A stretch of DNA of 49,249 bases, counting the filler, from Stramenopiles sp. TOSAG23-3 (taxonomy: Eukaryota): assembly GCA_900128585.1 (NCBI GenBank). It is 4 parts of 4 records of this genome, joined end to end, with 100 filler letters (N's around TTAATTAATTAA, not from the genome) between each part and the next. Parts side by side here need not be neighbours in the genome. Positions count along the whole stretch, not along the records: positions 22,600 to 45,071 come from LT642335.1; 3 more parts are not named here. One strand, written 5' to 3'. Below are positions 30,939 to 42,000 of the stretch, piece by piece. Below the pieces are notes generated by a model. The model searched no databases and was not told the DNA's origin. It was given only the letters and a program-made list of their open reading frames with translations. The translations under genes were made by a program, and so were the position numbers. The number at the start of each line of letters is the position of its first letter. Position 1 is the first letter of the stretch.

Positions 30939-31667
30939 TCATTTAGCTTTATCGTCCGCTGAACCGAATTCCACTTCGTTGAAATTTCGTCTAAATTGTA
31001 GCTGTGGAATCTTTGTTTTCGTATCTATAAAAAAGAAGGAATACTTGTCGGAGGTGGCCTTTTTAAACCGTCTTACAAATTCCTCTTTGGAAAGCGAGTA
31101 ACCCACTTCGCCATAAAGTATGCTGACTTCGCGACGATTGGGAATTTTAAAGAAACAAAAATAATGGGTATTGATGCGAATTCCCCTTGGTATTTTAGTA
31201 TAGGCTTGACTAAGGAAAATACACGAACAATTGGAATGGCGTCCGCGTATGTAATAATTGGTTATGGGTGTAAAATCCTTTTCTAATACAAAATCATCAA
31301 AGACTACCAAATTTTGGATAGAACTGTCTAAATCATCTACCGGAACAATATCTTCAATTGTAGCCCCCGTATGTAAAAGCTGTTGTTCGGTCTTCTCCTC
31401 CACCTTATCAAAGAAATCCTTTAGCATAACCATTTTGGGTTGATGAAGATGTTTGCTGTAAAACCACAATTTATCAAATGAGGCGAACTTAAAAATTATG
31501 TTCATAACAAGATTCGTCTTCCCCGTATTTGTTCCACCATTTATAATCATGTTGTAGGGGTGAATGGGTAAGATTTTAGATTTGTTTCTATACCGGTGGT
31601 TGCCCTTCAATGACTTTAATTTGTCAATATTTATAATATCCAATTTCATTCTATTTGATATACTCAA
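30939..31667 (-). CDS. A32-like (FtsK-HerA) genome packaging ATPase
   Basis: Walker A GGTNTGKT, Walker B LVVFDD, RGRH.N.S.IFLSQ, IPR.IR.N. Confidence 0.95.
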   Translation of the reverse strand: MSISNRMKLDIINIDKLKSLKGNHRYRNKSKILPIHPYNMIINGGTNTGKTNLVMNIIFKFASFDKLWFYSKHLHQPKMVMLKDFFDKVEEKTEQQLLHTGATIEDIVPVDDLDSSIQNLVVFDDFVLEKDFTPITNYYIRGRHSNCSCIFLSQAYTKIPRGIRINTHYFCFFKIPNRREVSILYGEVGYSLSKEEFVRRFKKATSDKYSFFFIDTKTKIPQLQFRRNFNEVEFGSADDKAK

Positions 31668-31748
31668 ATATTATTTTTTTTAAAAACAGAATTTATCAAA
31701 ACAACGTTTAGAAAGTTTCATAATATTTTTTTCTAAATTTATAGTATA

Positions 31749-32459
31749 ATGGATTACAGAAAGATAGACAACTTAGAAGAATTTAATGCTCTTGTATCAA
31801 AATTTGTTACAGAGCGGGAAACGCTAAAGCAACGGATACGGCAAGAACGCTTTGGCGAAGTGGCTACGGAACGGGTTGGAGAACCAGCTTTGACCAAACG
31901 AGAAGTTGAACAAAAGCCAACAATTGACGCTATTGAAAGATTGCGAACCGATATAAAAAAGCAAAAAGCAACCAGTTTCAACTTATATGAACAATACGCC
32001 AATAATCGGAAATTGGGTTCTACTGAAGTAAAAGCAAAAAGAGTTGGAAACAAGAATGTGTTGGGCATTGGGGCTAATGGGGTTGTAGATGAAGCCGACA
32101 TTCAAGATGAGGTGTTTAGAGTTAATAATATTAATACTGGCGAGGCATTGACATTTAAACTTTCTCCGGGATTGGCCGAAATGGTGTTTAAACCTTTTAC
32201 GGACATTGATATGAGAAATATACCTCATGCTGACTTGGTGAAATATTTTAAAATTTTGGATTTGGTAGGACTTCCAAAAGGAAGCAATAATAACCGTAAA
32301 GCAAGATGGTATAGGGATTGGTGGATAAACAGTGGTAGGCAATGGAAGGAATATCAAAGACAACCGCCTAAAAATGTGGAACAAAAGGTTGAAGAGCCGG
32401 ACGAAGAAACAAAATCGGGTGATGACGGAGATGACATGGACATAGAAAACCCTGAGGGC

Positions 32460-32504
<45 letters not shown>

Positions 32505-33125
32505 GGTGGTGATGATGGCCAACCGGGTATAGCCAATCGGGTAAAACAGCGTCGTTCCGCACTAAAACAAAAAAGGAGCGGTGCCGCCGCATTCCGTAGG
32601 GAAGAGAAACGACTGGAAAGAAGTAAAAAAGGTCAAAAGCGACGACAAGACATAGTATCCGAAAGACGAAAAAATAGGAAGATACAAAAACAACAAGCAG
32701 AAGTAAAGGAGGCAAGAGGAAAAGTTAGGCAGAACCGTAGAATGGGAAATATGGAAGAACGTGGAAGAAGAAGGAAAATTAGCATGGGAAGACCCGGTGA
32801 AGTAAGCGAAGGCAGTGTCGGTGCTTTTCAAGTAAGCAGTGAAGTGTCCAGAAGACGACAAAGAAACCGAAGAACGCAAGAAGAAATAGATAGAGGTTAT
32901 GATATAAGAAGAAGACGGCCACCGGTAAGGGGTCGCGGGGTAAAATATTTGAATCCAGACGAACTGGTGGAAAGGCTTCACACACTTGTAGGCAGTCAGC
33001 ATGCGGGAAACATGAGTTCGCAACTGAAGAACGAAGTCGGGGACATTGTAGATAAATTGTATAACTCTGGAATTATAGGTCGCAAGGAAGTAAAAGCACT
33101 TTACAAAAAATTTATTAACTATTGA
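31749..33125 (+). CDS. Polinton-type conserved protein (putative core/structural) with acidic and Arg-rich regions
   Basis: C-terminal NPDELVERL..L.GS..AGN...KNE...I.D.L...G.I resembles a motif I recall from Maverick/Polinton proteins; poly-D/poly-G tract. Confidence 0.7.
32460..32517 (+). repeat. (GAT)n(GGT)n coding microsatellite
   Basis: Encodes D10-G7-DD. Confidence 0.9.
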
Positions 33126-33127
33126 AC

Positions 33128-33203
33128 AAAAAAACCCACCCCCATTACGAAAATGTGTTTTTTATAAGGAATACCCATAATCGTAAAAGGGGTGTATTTT
33201 TTT
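33128..33203. repeat. PLV intergenic imperfect palindrome, copy 4
   Basis: Starts 2 nt after the stop at 33125; same core as copies 2 and 3. Confidence 0.95.
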
Positions 33204-33265
33204 AACATTTAGACTTACTACTTTTTGTAGAAAAATAAAAAATAGTAATATATATACATAATACG

Positions 33266-35637
33266 ATGGCGAACAAATTTTTAACAAGTGGAGAGGAAAG
33301 CAATATTTTTGATGACCCCGCATTAACAAGAAAAAATTAGGAATAATTTACGGGCCGGGGGGCACTACTCAATCCTATGATAATACATTGAACTCTTTGG
33401 CCAATTTATCTACGACAGCTGGAAAAATAATAAAGTGCGATGGAAGCGATTCCTTTACTACTATACCCATTACCACAGAAGGAGAAAGTCTAATAAACGG
33501 AACAGCAAGCATTCCTTCTAATACAAGCGACCTAACCAACGACAGCGGGTTTATAACAAGTAGTAGTATTCCGACAAGCCTATCCAGTTTTACAAACGAT
33601 ACGAATTTTATTACCAGTAGTGCTGTTCCTACTGCCCTATCCAGTTTTACGAACGATACAAATTATATTACCAGTAGTGGTGTTCCTACTGCCCTATCCA
33701 GTTTTACAAACGATACTAATTTTATTACGCTAAGCACAGCAGGGACAATGACAAATAAATCCATTGAAGTAGATGTGGATAGTAGCAAGACTTTATCCTT
33801 CATGAAGTCAGGAGGGCTTGCCCCTGTTAAAACCATATTAGTAAGCCAAAATCACAACAACACATCAACAGGGGATAAAACCATTTTTTTACCCGCAATC
33901 AATTTTGGGTTAAGCAACGATACTTTGGTTGGCCAAACTACTACAGCAACACTAATAAATAAGACTATTGATTATAATAATAATACAATAACCAATTTAC
34001 CAAGTTCCGGTATTCAATCCGGTGATAATATTTCGCTTTTAAACAACAACGAAGGATACATAACGAATTCGGCTTTAAGCAATTACATACAATTTACGAC
34101 CATTAGTGGTTGGGATAATATTTTTGGTGCTTATGTATTTACGCATACAGATTATACAAATTATAATCCAAGTCTAAATACATTATCAGGAAGAGCATAT
34201 TTATTTTATGGTGATAATAATACATTTAGTTTAAACGATAGAGCTGCTGATGTTTTTAGTTTTACGACTGACCGTGCTTTGATTGAATTTAATGATAATA
34301 CTAAATTTACGAACAAAGTAAGTGTTGGCGGTTTGATTAATAATTCTTACAATTTACAAGTCTATGGAGATATAAATTTTACAGGTAATTTATACCAAAA
34401 TGGAAGTGCTTTTAGTAGCGGTTCATCTCAATGGACGACAAGTAGTTCTGATATTTATTACAATAGTGGAAATGTGGGAATTGGAACGGACAGTCCCGAA
34501 GCACAATTACAAATTAATCAGTCTGTAGCATTTACAAATCCCTACCAGGAAACAAGTCAAACATCAGCAATTCACCTTGTTCCCAGTAGTGCTTCTTCTC
34601 ATAGTGCTATTACTTTTGCTTTTGCGAATAATAACAAACGTGGAGTTGGGGCTATATGTGGTAGTAGTAGTTATGGATTAGAATTTATTGTTAATCGTTC
34701 CAGACATCATTATTTTTATGGGAGCACTACAAATGTAACTTTACCCGCTACTACTACAAACGATTTAATAATGATAATGAGAGGAGATAATAAGCGTGTG
34801 GGAATTGGAACAACCAGTCCAAAATATCCTTTAGATGTAGATACATCATACACCTCAAGCGATTTAACCTATTGGAATAGGGGTAGTGATGATGGAGCTG
34901 GATTTGCCGAATGGAATTCGTCGTATTTATCGGGAAACCAATACGGACAAGCCGAAATAGCAGATTTGGATAGTGGAACACACTCCACTTTCGGTATTAA
35001 CGCAAAAAGTATTGCCGCCCATTTTAAAAACAACATTTATGTAAGTGATGGGGCTGTTTTGGTAAGTAGTGATAGACGAATAAAAACCAATATAGTAGAT
35101 GTGAATGATAATCTGGCTTTAGAAATGGTAAGGAATATACCGTGCCGGTATTACCATTACAAAGATAAATTAAGTAGGGGAACAAATGCTACAATTGGCT
35201 TTATCGCACAAGAAGTAAAGGAAATTTATCCTATGGCCGTTCATGAAGAAACACAATTTATTCCAAATGAAATGAGAAATTTAAGCGACATAAGTTGGAA
35301 CGATACAACACTTTATACCGATTTATCGGATTGTAGTGGAGTAAAATACCGGTTTTATGTTAGTAATGATGTTAGTGGTAATAATGAAGTAAAAAAAGAC
35401 ATAATTGGAAATAGTGATAATACATTTTCTTTTGATACATCGTATAATAATGTGTTTTGTTACGGGAAAGAAGTAAATGATTTTCACACATTAGATAAAA
35501 ATAAATTATTTGCGTTGAATTTTAGTGCTACACAGGAATTGGATAAAATAATAGGGGAACAGCAAGTAACCATAAAGTCATTGGAAGACCGAATAGGGGA
35601 TTTGGAAGCAATAGTAGGTCAATTGGTTAATAAGTAA
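33266..35637 (+). CDS. Fiber/tail-spike-like protein with C-terminal peptidase S74 chaperone; needs a -1 frame change at 33331-33337
   Basis: ATG at 33266 (MANKFLTSG...ALTRK) joins LGIIYGPGGTTQSYDNTLNSLANL in the -1 frame; 19-aa TNDxxFIT repeats; NVGIGT motifs; SDRRIKTNI...IGFIAQEV; terminal coiled coil. Confidence 0.85.
33511..33729 (+). repeat. About four 57-bp tandem coding repeats in the fiber gene
   Basis: PTALSSFTNDTNFITSS(A/G)V units. Confidence 0.9.
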
Positions 35638-35719
35638 GACAACAAGCAAAAATAGGTTGTTTGAGAGTAAAAAGACTACGAAGTGATATAGGGCGTTGGG
35701 AATATAAGTATTGGCGAAC

Positions 35720-35797
35720 AAAAAAAACCCCCCCCCCTGGCGGATTTTAGTGTTTTCTTAAAGAATTCCAATTATCGTAAAAGGGGTGGGTTTTTTT
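35720..35797. repeat. PLV intergenic imperfect palindrome, copy 5
   Basis: A8-C10-TGGCGGATTTTAGTGTTTTCTTAAAGAATTCCAATTATCGTAAAAGGGGTGGG-T7. Confidence 0.92.
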
Positions 35798-36076
35798 CGT
35801 CATTTACTTGCTATTTCTATGTTATTGACTTGTTTTTAGTCCGTCCGGCCACAACCATCCATAAATCTTTGTGTAACTAAAAATGCGTTGTTACTTTATT
35901 TTGTGAAGAAACTAAAAAAAAGAATAAACTTACTTTTTACGATTGTTTTAAAAGAAATATTAAATTTAAAACAAACGACGTTTATATTGAAACCTATTCA
36001 GTTAGTTGTTTGCGATTCGCATATTGATTTTGTTTAAACAAAAAGAAAAAACAAAAACGTTTTTAAATTGAAGACC

Positions 36077-37056
36077 ATGGCAAGTTTGGCGACCGAACCC
36101 GAATTGTTCCAAACATGGAAAGACAAGTATGAAGCTGCTGAAAAGAAGAACCGAGAACTTATAGCTGAAACACGACGATTAAGAGCAGACAACCGACGAT
36201 TAAGAGATGATATAATAGACCTCACGGATGGACGCTTATGGATTAACATTCCAACTGTTGGCGGATACGGCGAAAACCTTGCGGAATTGTTGGAAGACGA
36301 TTACGCCGATGACGCACCCGTTCTTGCTTATGCTCGTGCTGCTCTTACTCGTGCGATGGAAAACGGTGTCATGGAAGAGATTCTTGATGTAGATGGTGTT
36401 CTGAATGACCTTGATGAGCGTATATTACCGGAAATTCGCGAAGCATTATACAACGATAATTATTTTCCCATAACTGATGATGACCCAACGCAAGCACAGA
36501 GGTTAGGCCAACCAAACGCACCACCACTCACACGAACGTTGTCGGTGGAAGAACAAAAAGAAGAATTACAAAATTTGGACATGACAGATATGGAACGCGA
36601 AAGCTCAATTGGAAAAGACTGTCCGATTTGTTTATGCGCGGTTCATTCTAAAGACGAACGGAATGCGGCAATGCCGTGTTGCGGCAACGTAGTTCATCAA
36701 GATTGTATAAATGTAAAAGAAGGGACGCAATGTCCGTTTTGTAGGACAACCGATATTGGAAGTATGGCTTTGAACTCTCAAGAAATAGAAGAGCGATNNN
36801 NNNNNNNNNNNNNNNTGGAAATGCCCAAACGACTTCGCAACCCGAAACGACTTTGCTTCCAAACCCGAATTTCCGAACGCGAACACTGTGCCCATATTGT
36901 CATAGATTTCCCGAAGACGAATGCCGTTGTGGGACACAATGCGATGCTTGTGGAGTAGAAGTCGTATTAGTCCAAACAACCTTCACACATCATTGGGAAT
37001 TCCCGTGTGGTGCGACATGGGAAAGCACAGAAACTTGTCGCAATACACATAATTAA
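36077..37056 (+). CDS. Coiled-coil plus RING finger protein (putative E3 ligase) with a further Cys-rich C-terminus; spans an N gap
   Basis: CPIC...CCGNVVHQDC...CPFC. After the gap, the frame ending at 37056 (CPYC..CRC..CDAC) is the most plausible continuation. Confidence 0.7.
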
Positions 37057-37070
37057 ATATTATAAAATTA

Positions 37071-37289
37071 TTAATGAACGATATGAATTAAAATTTTATT
37101 GACTTCTTGATTTAAAGGCATTTTGTTCAATCGGGCTGGTATAACCTTTCTGTAGTTACAGGCATCACAGCATCGGCCTTTACTACTAAGTGGTTGTGGA
37201 TTGTGCCCATACTTATCTATTCCATTTACTTTACGCTTACATAAACAGCATTTATAATTGTATTTTTGCTTTTTACTACTTCTATTCAT
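37071..37289 (-). CDS. Small zinc-binding viral protein
   Basis: CCLC...YGHNP.P...GRCCDACN..VIPARL, a pattern I recall from small phage/virus proteins. Confidence 0.7.
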   Translation of the reverse strand: MNRSSKKQKYNYKCCLCKRKVNGIDKYGHNPQPLSSKGRCCDACNYRKVIPARLNKMPLNQEVNKILIHIVH

Positions 37290-37414
37290 CTTATTAATTA
37301 CATGTAATTTTTTGTTTAAGTGGTTTTCCCTAATAAATAAGTTAGTCTAATTTTGGATAATATTAAATTATTTAGTAAAACAGTATAAAAATAAATTTCT
37401 ATATAAATAGTATA

Positions 37415-39163
37415 ATGCCGGGTAATAAATCCAAAGAGCAAAACGACGAGGGCTGGAGAAAATGGTATAGCCTTCCAGAGAACAAAAACAAATATTTACG
37501 CAAGAAATTATTAAATAGGATAAACAAAGGAGAAATAGTAAAATTAACTACCCTAAGAAAATACGGGTTACTACAACATTACAAGAAAGAAACAACAAGA
37601 GCAAATAAGCGTAAATTAAAGGAAGAACTTAGTATTGAGCCTTTGTATTATGCTAAGCCAGAGCCCTTAGTGATTGATGGGGTAGAAGAGCTACAGAGCA
37701 TAGGTATGAAACCCAAAAAGCCTGCTGTATCCCTGGATTTATCAAAAACACCAGATACGGATGATGAAGCCGATTTAGCATTTAGTATGCCGGAAGTAGA
37801 TGATGAATCCGATTTTGATGTTTGGAAGGAAATTGACCAGCAACCACAAAACATAATAATACAAGGTAAAAAAGCACCACCAAAAACAAACCAACAATTA
37901 TTAGAAAATACGGCATTGCCTACAAACAAGCGTAAGGCAACAAAAATATTACGGAAAAAAGTCTTGGAATCATCAAAAACATATAAAGTAAAGAAAGGTG
38001 AAAAATTTACGTTTAAAGATGCTTTTGCTTTATTGAACAATCCTAATTTACTGTCGCTGAATCAAATGAAGGAATACAAGCCGGCCAGTATTGCCGCAAT
38101 GAAATCAAGACTACGAACCCTTATGCGGTTGTATAAGGAAGACAAAAAGATATTATGCGATAAAGGGTTAGATGCGGATATTCGGGCTTGTTTGGGAAAT
38201 GCGAAGACAATGTTCAATATATTAAAGAAAGGCAAACATGCTAATGGGAAGACGGTCGGGTATAAGGGCTGGAAAGAGTTTCTTGGTCTTCCCGTAGCAT
38301 TGGCAAATGCGTCGCCGAAGTTTGCTGCTATACTTGGGGCACGGGCACTAAAAGATTACCAAACACTTATGATGACTGGTATAGCCGAATCAGAAGATAA
38401 GCAAGATGATACGGTTCAAACCGAAGTTGTCCTGAATTGGAATATATTCAAAGATACATTGAAGAAAGAGGCCAAGAAATTCAATAAATTGAAAAAAGAT
38501 GTTTTACAAAAGGACAAGACACTTACGGTTGTAGAGAAGCGATTTATAATAGATTTTTTGATATTGGCGATTCCGGTGTTGGGCATACCACGAAGAGATG
38601 ACCATGGCAATCTGTTAATTGTTGATAGTAGCAAAGATATTAAAAATAAAAAGACACAAAATTATTATTTAAGAAAGAATAAGTCTATATGGTTGTATAG
38701 TTTTAAAACCGATGACAAATACGACCCACCCCAAAAATTCATTTTGAAGCGAATGGGTGTTGGAAAGCAGAATTTCACAGCAGAACAGAAAAGGGACGCG
38801 ACAAGATTGGGCGGGTTTATTGAAGATAGTTTGAAAATGTGGAAAAGAAAATATGTAATAACAAGAGAGAATGGTAGGAGATATGCGGGTGGAAAATTAA
38901 GTGAGCGATTACAGCTTGCTATGAGAAAATTTGGTTTGGAAGCAAAAAACCCTTTGTTAGATAAAAATGGTAAGCCCAAGCCAATCGGCTTCAACACATT
39001 TAGACATAGTTATGCGACGTATATACGAGAAACCGATGAAAAAGGTAAAACAAGATTAAATAAAAGACAATTGAAAAATACAGCAAAACAGATGTTACAT
39101 AGTGATAAGATGAATGAAAAATATTTAAGACAATTGGTTCGTGATTTTAATTTAGAAGTATGA
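37415..39163 (+). CDS. Tyrosine recombinase (PLV integrase)
   Basis: Catalytic residues in order: PRR.D (R), FKT (K), N..RHSYAT (R), MLHS (H) and Y in NEKY. Confidence 0.85.
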   Translation: MPGNKSKEQNDEGWRKWYSLPENKNKYLRKKLLNRINKGEIVKLTTLRKYGLLQHYKKETTRANKRKLKEELSIEPLYYAKPEPLVIDGVEELQSIGMKPKKPAVSLDLSKTPDTDDEADLAFSMPEVDDESDFDVWKEIDQQPQNIIIQGKKAPPKTNQQLLENTALPTNKRKATKILRKKVLESSKTYKVKKGEKFTFKDAFALLNNPNLLSLNQMKEYKPASIAAMKSRLRTLMRLYKEDKKILCDKGLDADIRACLGNAKTMFNILKKGKHANGKTVGYKGWKEFLGLPVALANASPKFAAILGARALKDYQTLMMTGIAESEDKQDDTVQTEVVLNWNIFKDTLKKEAKKFNKLKKDVLQKDKTLTVVEKRFIIDFLILAIPVLGIPRRDDHGNLLIVDSSKDIKNKKTQNYYLRKNKSIWLYSFKTDDKYDPPQKFILKRMGVGKQNFTAEQKRDATRLGGFIEDSLKMWKRKYVITRENGRRYAGGKLSERLQLAMRKFGLEAKNPLLDKNGKPKPIGFNTFRHSYATYIRETDEKGKTRLNKRQLKNTAKQMLHSDKMNEKYLRQLVRDFNLEV

Positions 39164-39210
39164 TACTGTTTTTAATACACATTATTTTAATGTTCTTATA
39201 TATTAAAAGA

Positions 39211-39960
39211 ATGGTTTTATTGAAATTGGACAGCAGTAAGGTAAGTCAAGAAGGAGAGGATTTCACGATTAATTTTGATAATCTTGAATTAAACAATAAA
39301 TACGATTACGAGGTCGCTTTGGTAAGAAGTAGTATTTGGTATTCGTATCATAATATTAGCACTGATTTTGGAAATAATGAATTGAAGTATTACAATGGTA
39401 GTGTATGGAAAACCGTAACATTTGATAATGGTATTTATAGTGTTTCGGACATTGATACATTTTTAAAAAATGCCATGAAGGCAAATGGGGATAGTGGAAC
39501 ATCATCAGGGGTAGATGTCTTTTACATCACAATCAGTCCCAACTACACAACCTTAAAATGCGATGTGACCATAAGCAACAACTTCCAGCTTGATTTTACT
39601 ACAAGCACCCTAAGAGAGCTTTTAGGCTTCACAAGCATAATTGCGACTGTAAGCCAAAGTGGTGCGAATCCGGCCGATATTACACGAGGTATTAATTCGC
39701 TTGTAATAGCCTGTGATATTGTAGATGGTAGTTACGACAATGGTGCTTCCTCTTCTATCTTGTATTCATTTGTCCCTAATGTAAGCCCCGGGTCATTAAT
39801 TAACACCGAACCGGTTCAGCGAGTATATTTGCCTATCAATACTAACAATTATATACACCATATACGTATGACTCTTTTAGACAATAAGGGTAGGTTAGTA
39901 AAATTAAATGGAGAACACTCCTTTTACCTATTAGACCTGAAACGAGTGCCTAAAGAATAA
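39211..39960 (+). CDS. Minor capsid (penton) protein
   Basis: YEVAL...IWYS.HNI, G.YS..DI, LLGF, L.I.CDIV..SY, Y.P...I..I...L.D..G..V.LNG: Polinton/PLV penton pattern. ATG is at 39211. Confidence 0.88.
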   Translation: MVLLKLDSSKVSQEGEDFTINFDNLELNNKYDYEVALVRSSIWYSYHNISTDFGNNELKYYNGSVWKTVTFDNGIYSVSDIDTFLKNAMKANGDSGTSSGVDVFYITISPNYTTLKCDVTISNNFQLDFTTSTLRELLGFTSIIATVSQSGANPADITRGINSLVIACDIVDGSYDNGASSSILYSFVPNVSPGSLINTEPVQRVYLPINTNNYIHHIRMTLLDNKGRLVKLNGEHSFYLLDLKRVPKE

Positions 39961-39979
39961 ATATCTACCTATAATATAA

Positions 39980-40513
39980 ATGGTAAAAGTATATAATCAC
40001 GTAGGTAGAGCCTATATAAAAGGGTATGGGCATTGTCCTGTTGTTCATCATGGTAATGGTATGGAAGAGGTGGCGTATCAATCCGGGAAGACTTTAGCTA
40101 AAACAGCTATTCCTATGATAAAAAAAGCGTGGGGTAGTTTAACACCTGAGGCAAGAGGAGCGATAATTGGTTATGCTGGCGATGCTGGTGTTCGGGGCGC
40201 AAAAGCGTTAGGGCGAACTATTAATCAAGGTGTATCCAGTTTAGGTTCAGCAGCCCAAGACAAATTAGAAGGCCTATTGGGGAAATCGGAGAATACAAGT
40301 AGGATTAGTAAATCGGCAGAGAATATGATGAAAAAAATGATAAAAAGTAAAAAAAAAGAAGTAAAGCAAAAAGCGAAAAAAATGCCTATCAGCAGAAAAC
40401 TACCAAAAAGCGTAATGAAGAATTTATCCACGTCGGAGCAAAAGCAGATTGATGATGCTTCTGTCAATATGCTGTCTTCACTACTAAGTGGGCAAGGTTT
40501 AAGATTAATGTAA
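39980..40513 (+). CDS. Basic putative core/membrane-lytic virion protein with adenain-type cleavage sites
   Basis: IKGY/G, HHGN/G and C-terminal LSGQ/GLRLM; lies between the penton and MCP genes. Confidence 0.65.
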   Translation: MVKVYNHVGRAYIKGYGHCPVVHHGNGMEEVAYQSGKTLAKTAIPMIKKAWGSLTPEARGAIIGYAGDAGVRGAKALGRTINQGVSSLGSAAQDKLEGLLGKSENTSRISKSAENMMKKMIKSKKKEVKQKAKKMPISRKLPKSVMKNLSTSEQKQIDDASVNMLSSLLSGQGLRLM

Positions 40514-40530
40514 GTATAGTGGGTATGACG

Positions 40531-40607
40531 AAAAAAAACCCACCCCCTTTACGATTTTAGGGATTTCTTATAAAAAACACATTTTCGTAAAAGGGGTGGG
40601 TTTTTTT
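40531..40607. repeat. PLV intergenic imperfect palindrome, copy 6 (inverted relative to copies 2-4)
   Basis: Its core is the reverse complement of the copy 2-4 core. Confidence 0.95.
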
Positions 40608-40657
40608 GAACCTCAAAATGTATAATAGAAAAATAAAATATGTTTTCCTATTATATA

Positions 40658-41962
40658 ATGTCATTAGTTAATCCGCAACTACAAGTGTTTAGCGAACCTT
40701 TAGAAGATGCGAGTATAGAAGGTTACGATTATCACAACTATGCTCCTGATACAGAAGTTCCCGGTGTGGGTCAAAGTCGTTGGGACATCCAAATTAAAGA
40801 TTTAGATTCGTATATTAATTTTTCACGGTCTTACCTCCAGGTGTCTGTTCGTTTGGTTACTGCCGCTGGAGCTGCTATAGCTGCCGCAAAAGATTGTGCT
40901 TTAGTAAATAATGGGCTCTCCCTTTTTGAAACCGCACGAATTTTAGTAGATGGCCAAATTATTGAAGAAACAAATTTTTGTCCTCAAGCTACTACGATGA
41001 GATTTTTGGCCGAATCATCAGACGACTACTATCGCACTTCTGGTTCTGCTATGGGATTTTATAAAGATACAGGAACGGGTTCAAATGTTCCAGCAAACAA
41101 CGCCGGCTTTACAACTCGTAGAGCCTTAGCCGATAATGGAAAGAATATGACTATGTATATTCCCATCAAACACCTTTTTGGTTACGCGTGTGTAGATAAA
41201 ATCACTAAGGGGTTACGCCATACTTTAAGCCTTACCAAGTCAAGCAGAGCAAACATGATACATCAAAATACTGGAAACGCTGGTGCTCAGTTGGCAACTG
41301 GAACTGATGTGTATTTTAGTAAAATCCGACTTTGGACACCTGTTTGTCGTCCCAGCCTTAGTGTAATTTCTTCAATTGAGGGAAAGCTCAATCAAGGGTT
41401 TAGTCAAAAAATGAACTGGCTTGCTAATAACTCTTATCGGTCTGGAGAATTTGCCGCAGCAAATACTACAATTAATTGGCGTATCGCAAATGCCGCCGTG
41501 AATCCGAAAACGGTTTTTGTAGCATTTCAGCTTGTAAGCAAAGATAATGATGAAGAACAATCTCCAGTTGTGTTCAGTCACGAAAATGTTACAGAAATAG
41601 AATTGAGGGTAAATTCACAGGCCGTTCCAAAAGAGCGATTACAGGTTGATTATGCTGCTGCTACGGTTGATGCTGCTCGCGCTTACCACATGTTCAATCA
41701 GCACGCGAACCAATTTAACGATAATCAGAACGGTTCTTTAGTAAATTACACAGATTACGCCAGCGGTTTATATGCTATTTACCGATTTGACCTTGGTCAC
41801 ATTGACCCTGCTGTTTTTGCCGTTTCTGGAAGTGCGGATTTAGAGCTTCGTGTAAGAAAAACTGCTTCAGCCGGAAATGTTAGAATTTTTGCGAATGTGC
41901 TTGGGGAACGTGAAGCGGTTATTTCGGGGGCAAGTAATAGCTTAAGATTAGAAATGTTGTAA
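40658..41962 (+). CDS. Major capsid protein (double jelly-roll)
   Basis: Size ~434 aa; SYLQV, LVNNG.SLF....I..DGQ.IE, IPIKHLFG, P..VFVAFQ, F.H.NV..I.L.VN...P, IY.FDL: Polinton/PLV MCP pattern. TATAATG start. Confidence 0.92.
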   Translation: MSLVNPQLQVFSEPLEDASIEGYDYHNYAPDTEVPGVGQSRWDIQIKDLDSYINFSRSYLQVSVRLVTAAGAAIAAAKDCALVNNGLSLFETARILVDGQIIEETNFCPQATTMRFLAESSDDYYRTSGSAMGFYKDTGTGSNVPANNAGFTTRRALADNGKNMTMYIPIKHLFGYACVDKITKGLRHTLSLTKSSRANMIHQNTGNAGAQLATGTDVYFSKIRLWTPVCRPSLSVISSIEGKLNQGFSQKMNWLANNSYRSGEFAAANTTINWRIANAAVNPKTVFVAFQLVSKDNDEEQSPVVFSHENVTEIELRVNSQAVPKERLQVDYAAATVDAARAYHMFNQHANQFNDNQNGSLVNYTDYASGLYAIYRFDLGHIDPAVFAVSGSADLELRVRKTASAGNVRIFANVLGEREAVISGASNSLRLEML

Positions 41963-42000
41963 CTTATAATATTTAATTTTTTTATATTTGTAAATATTAT

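Noticed and set aside
22722-36071. AAATTGA as a mimivirus-type early promoter before ORF 22762 and the RING gene
   Set aside because: Only 7 of the 8 bases of AAAATTGA match, one copy is just 5 nt from the ATG, and the word is expected by chance in AT-rich DNA.
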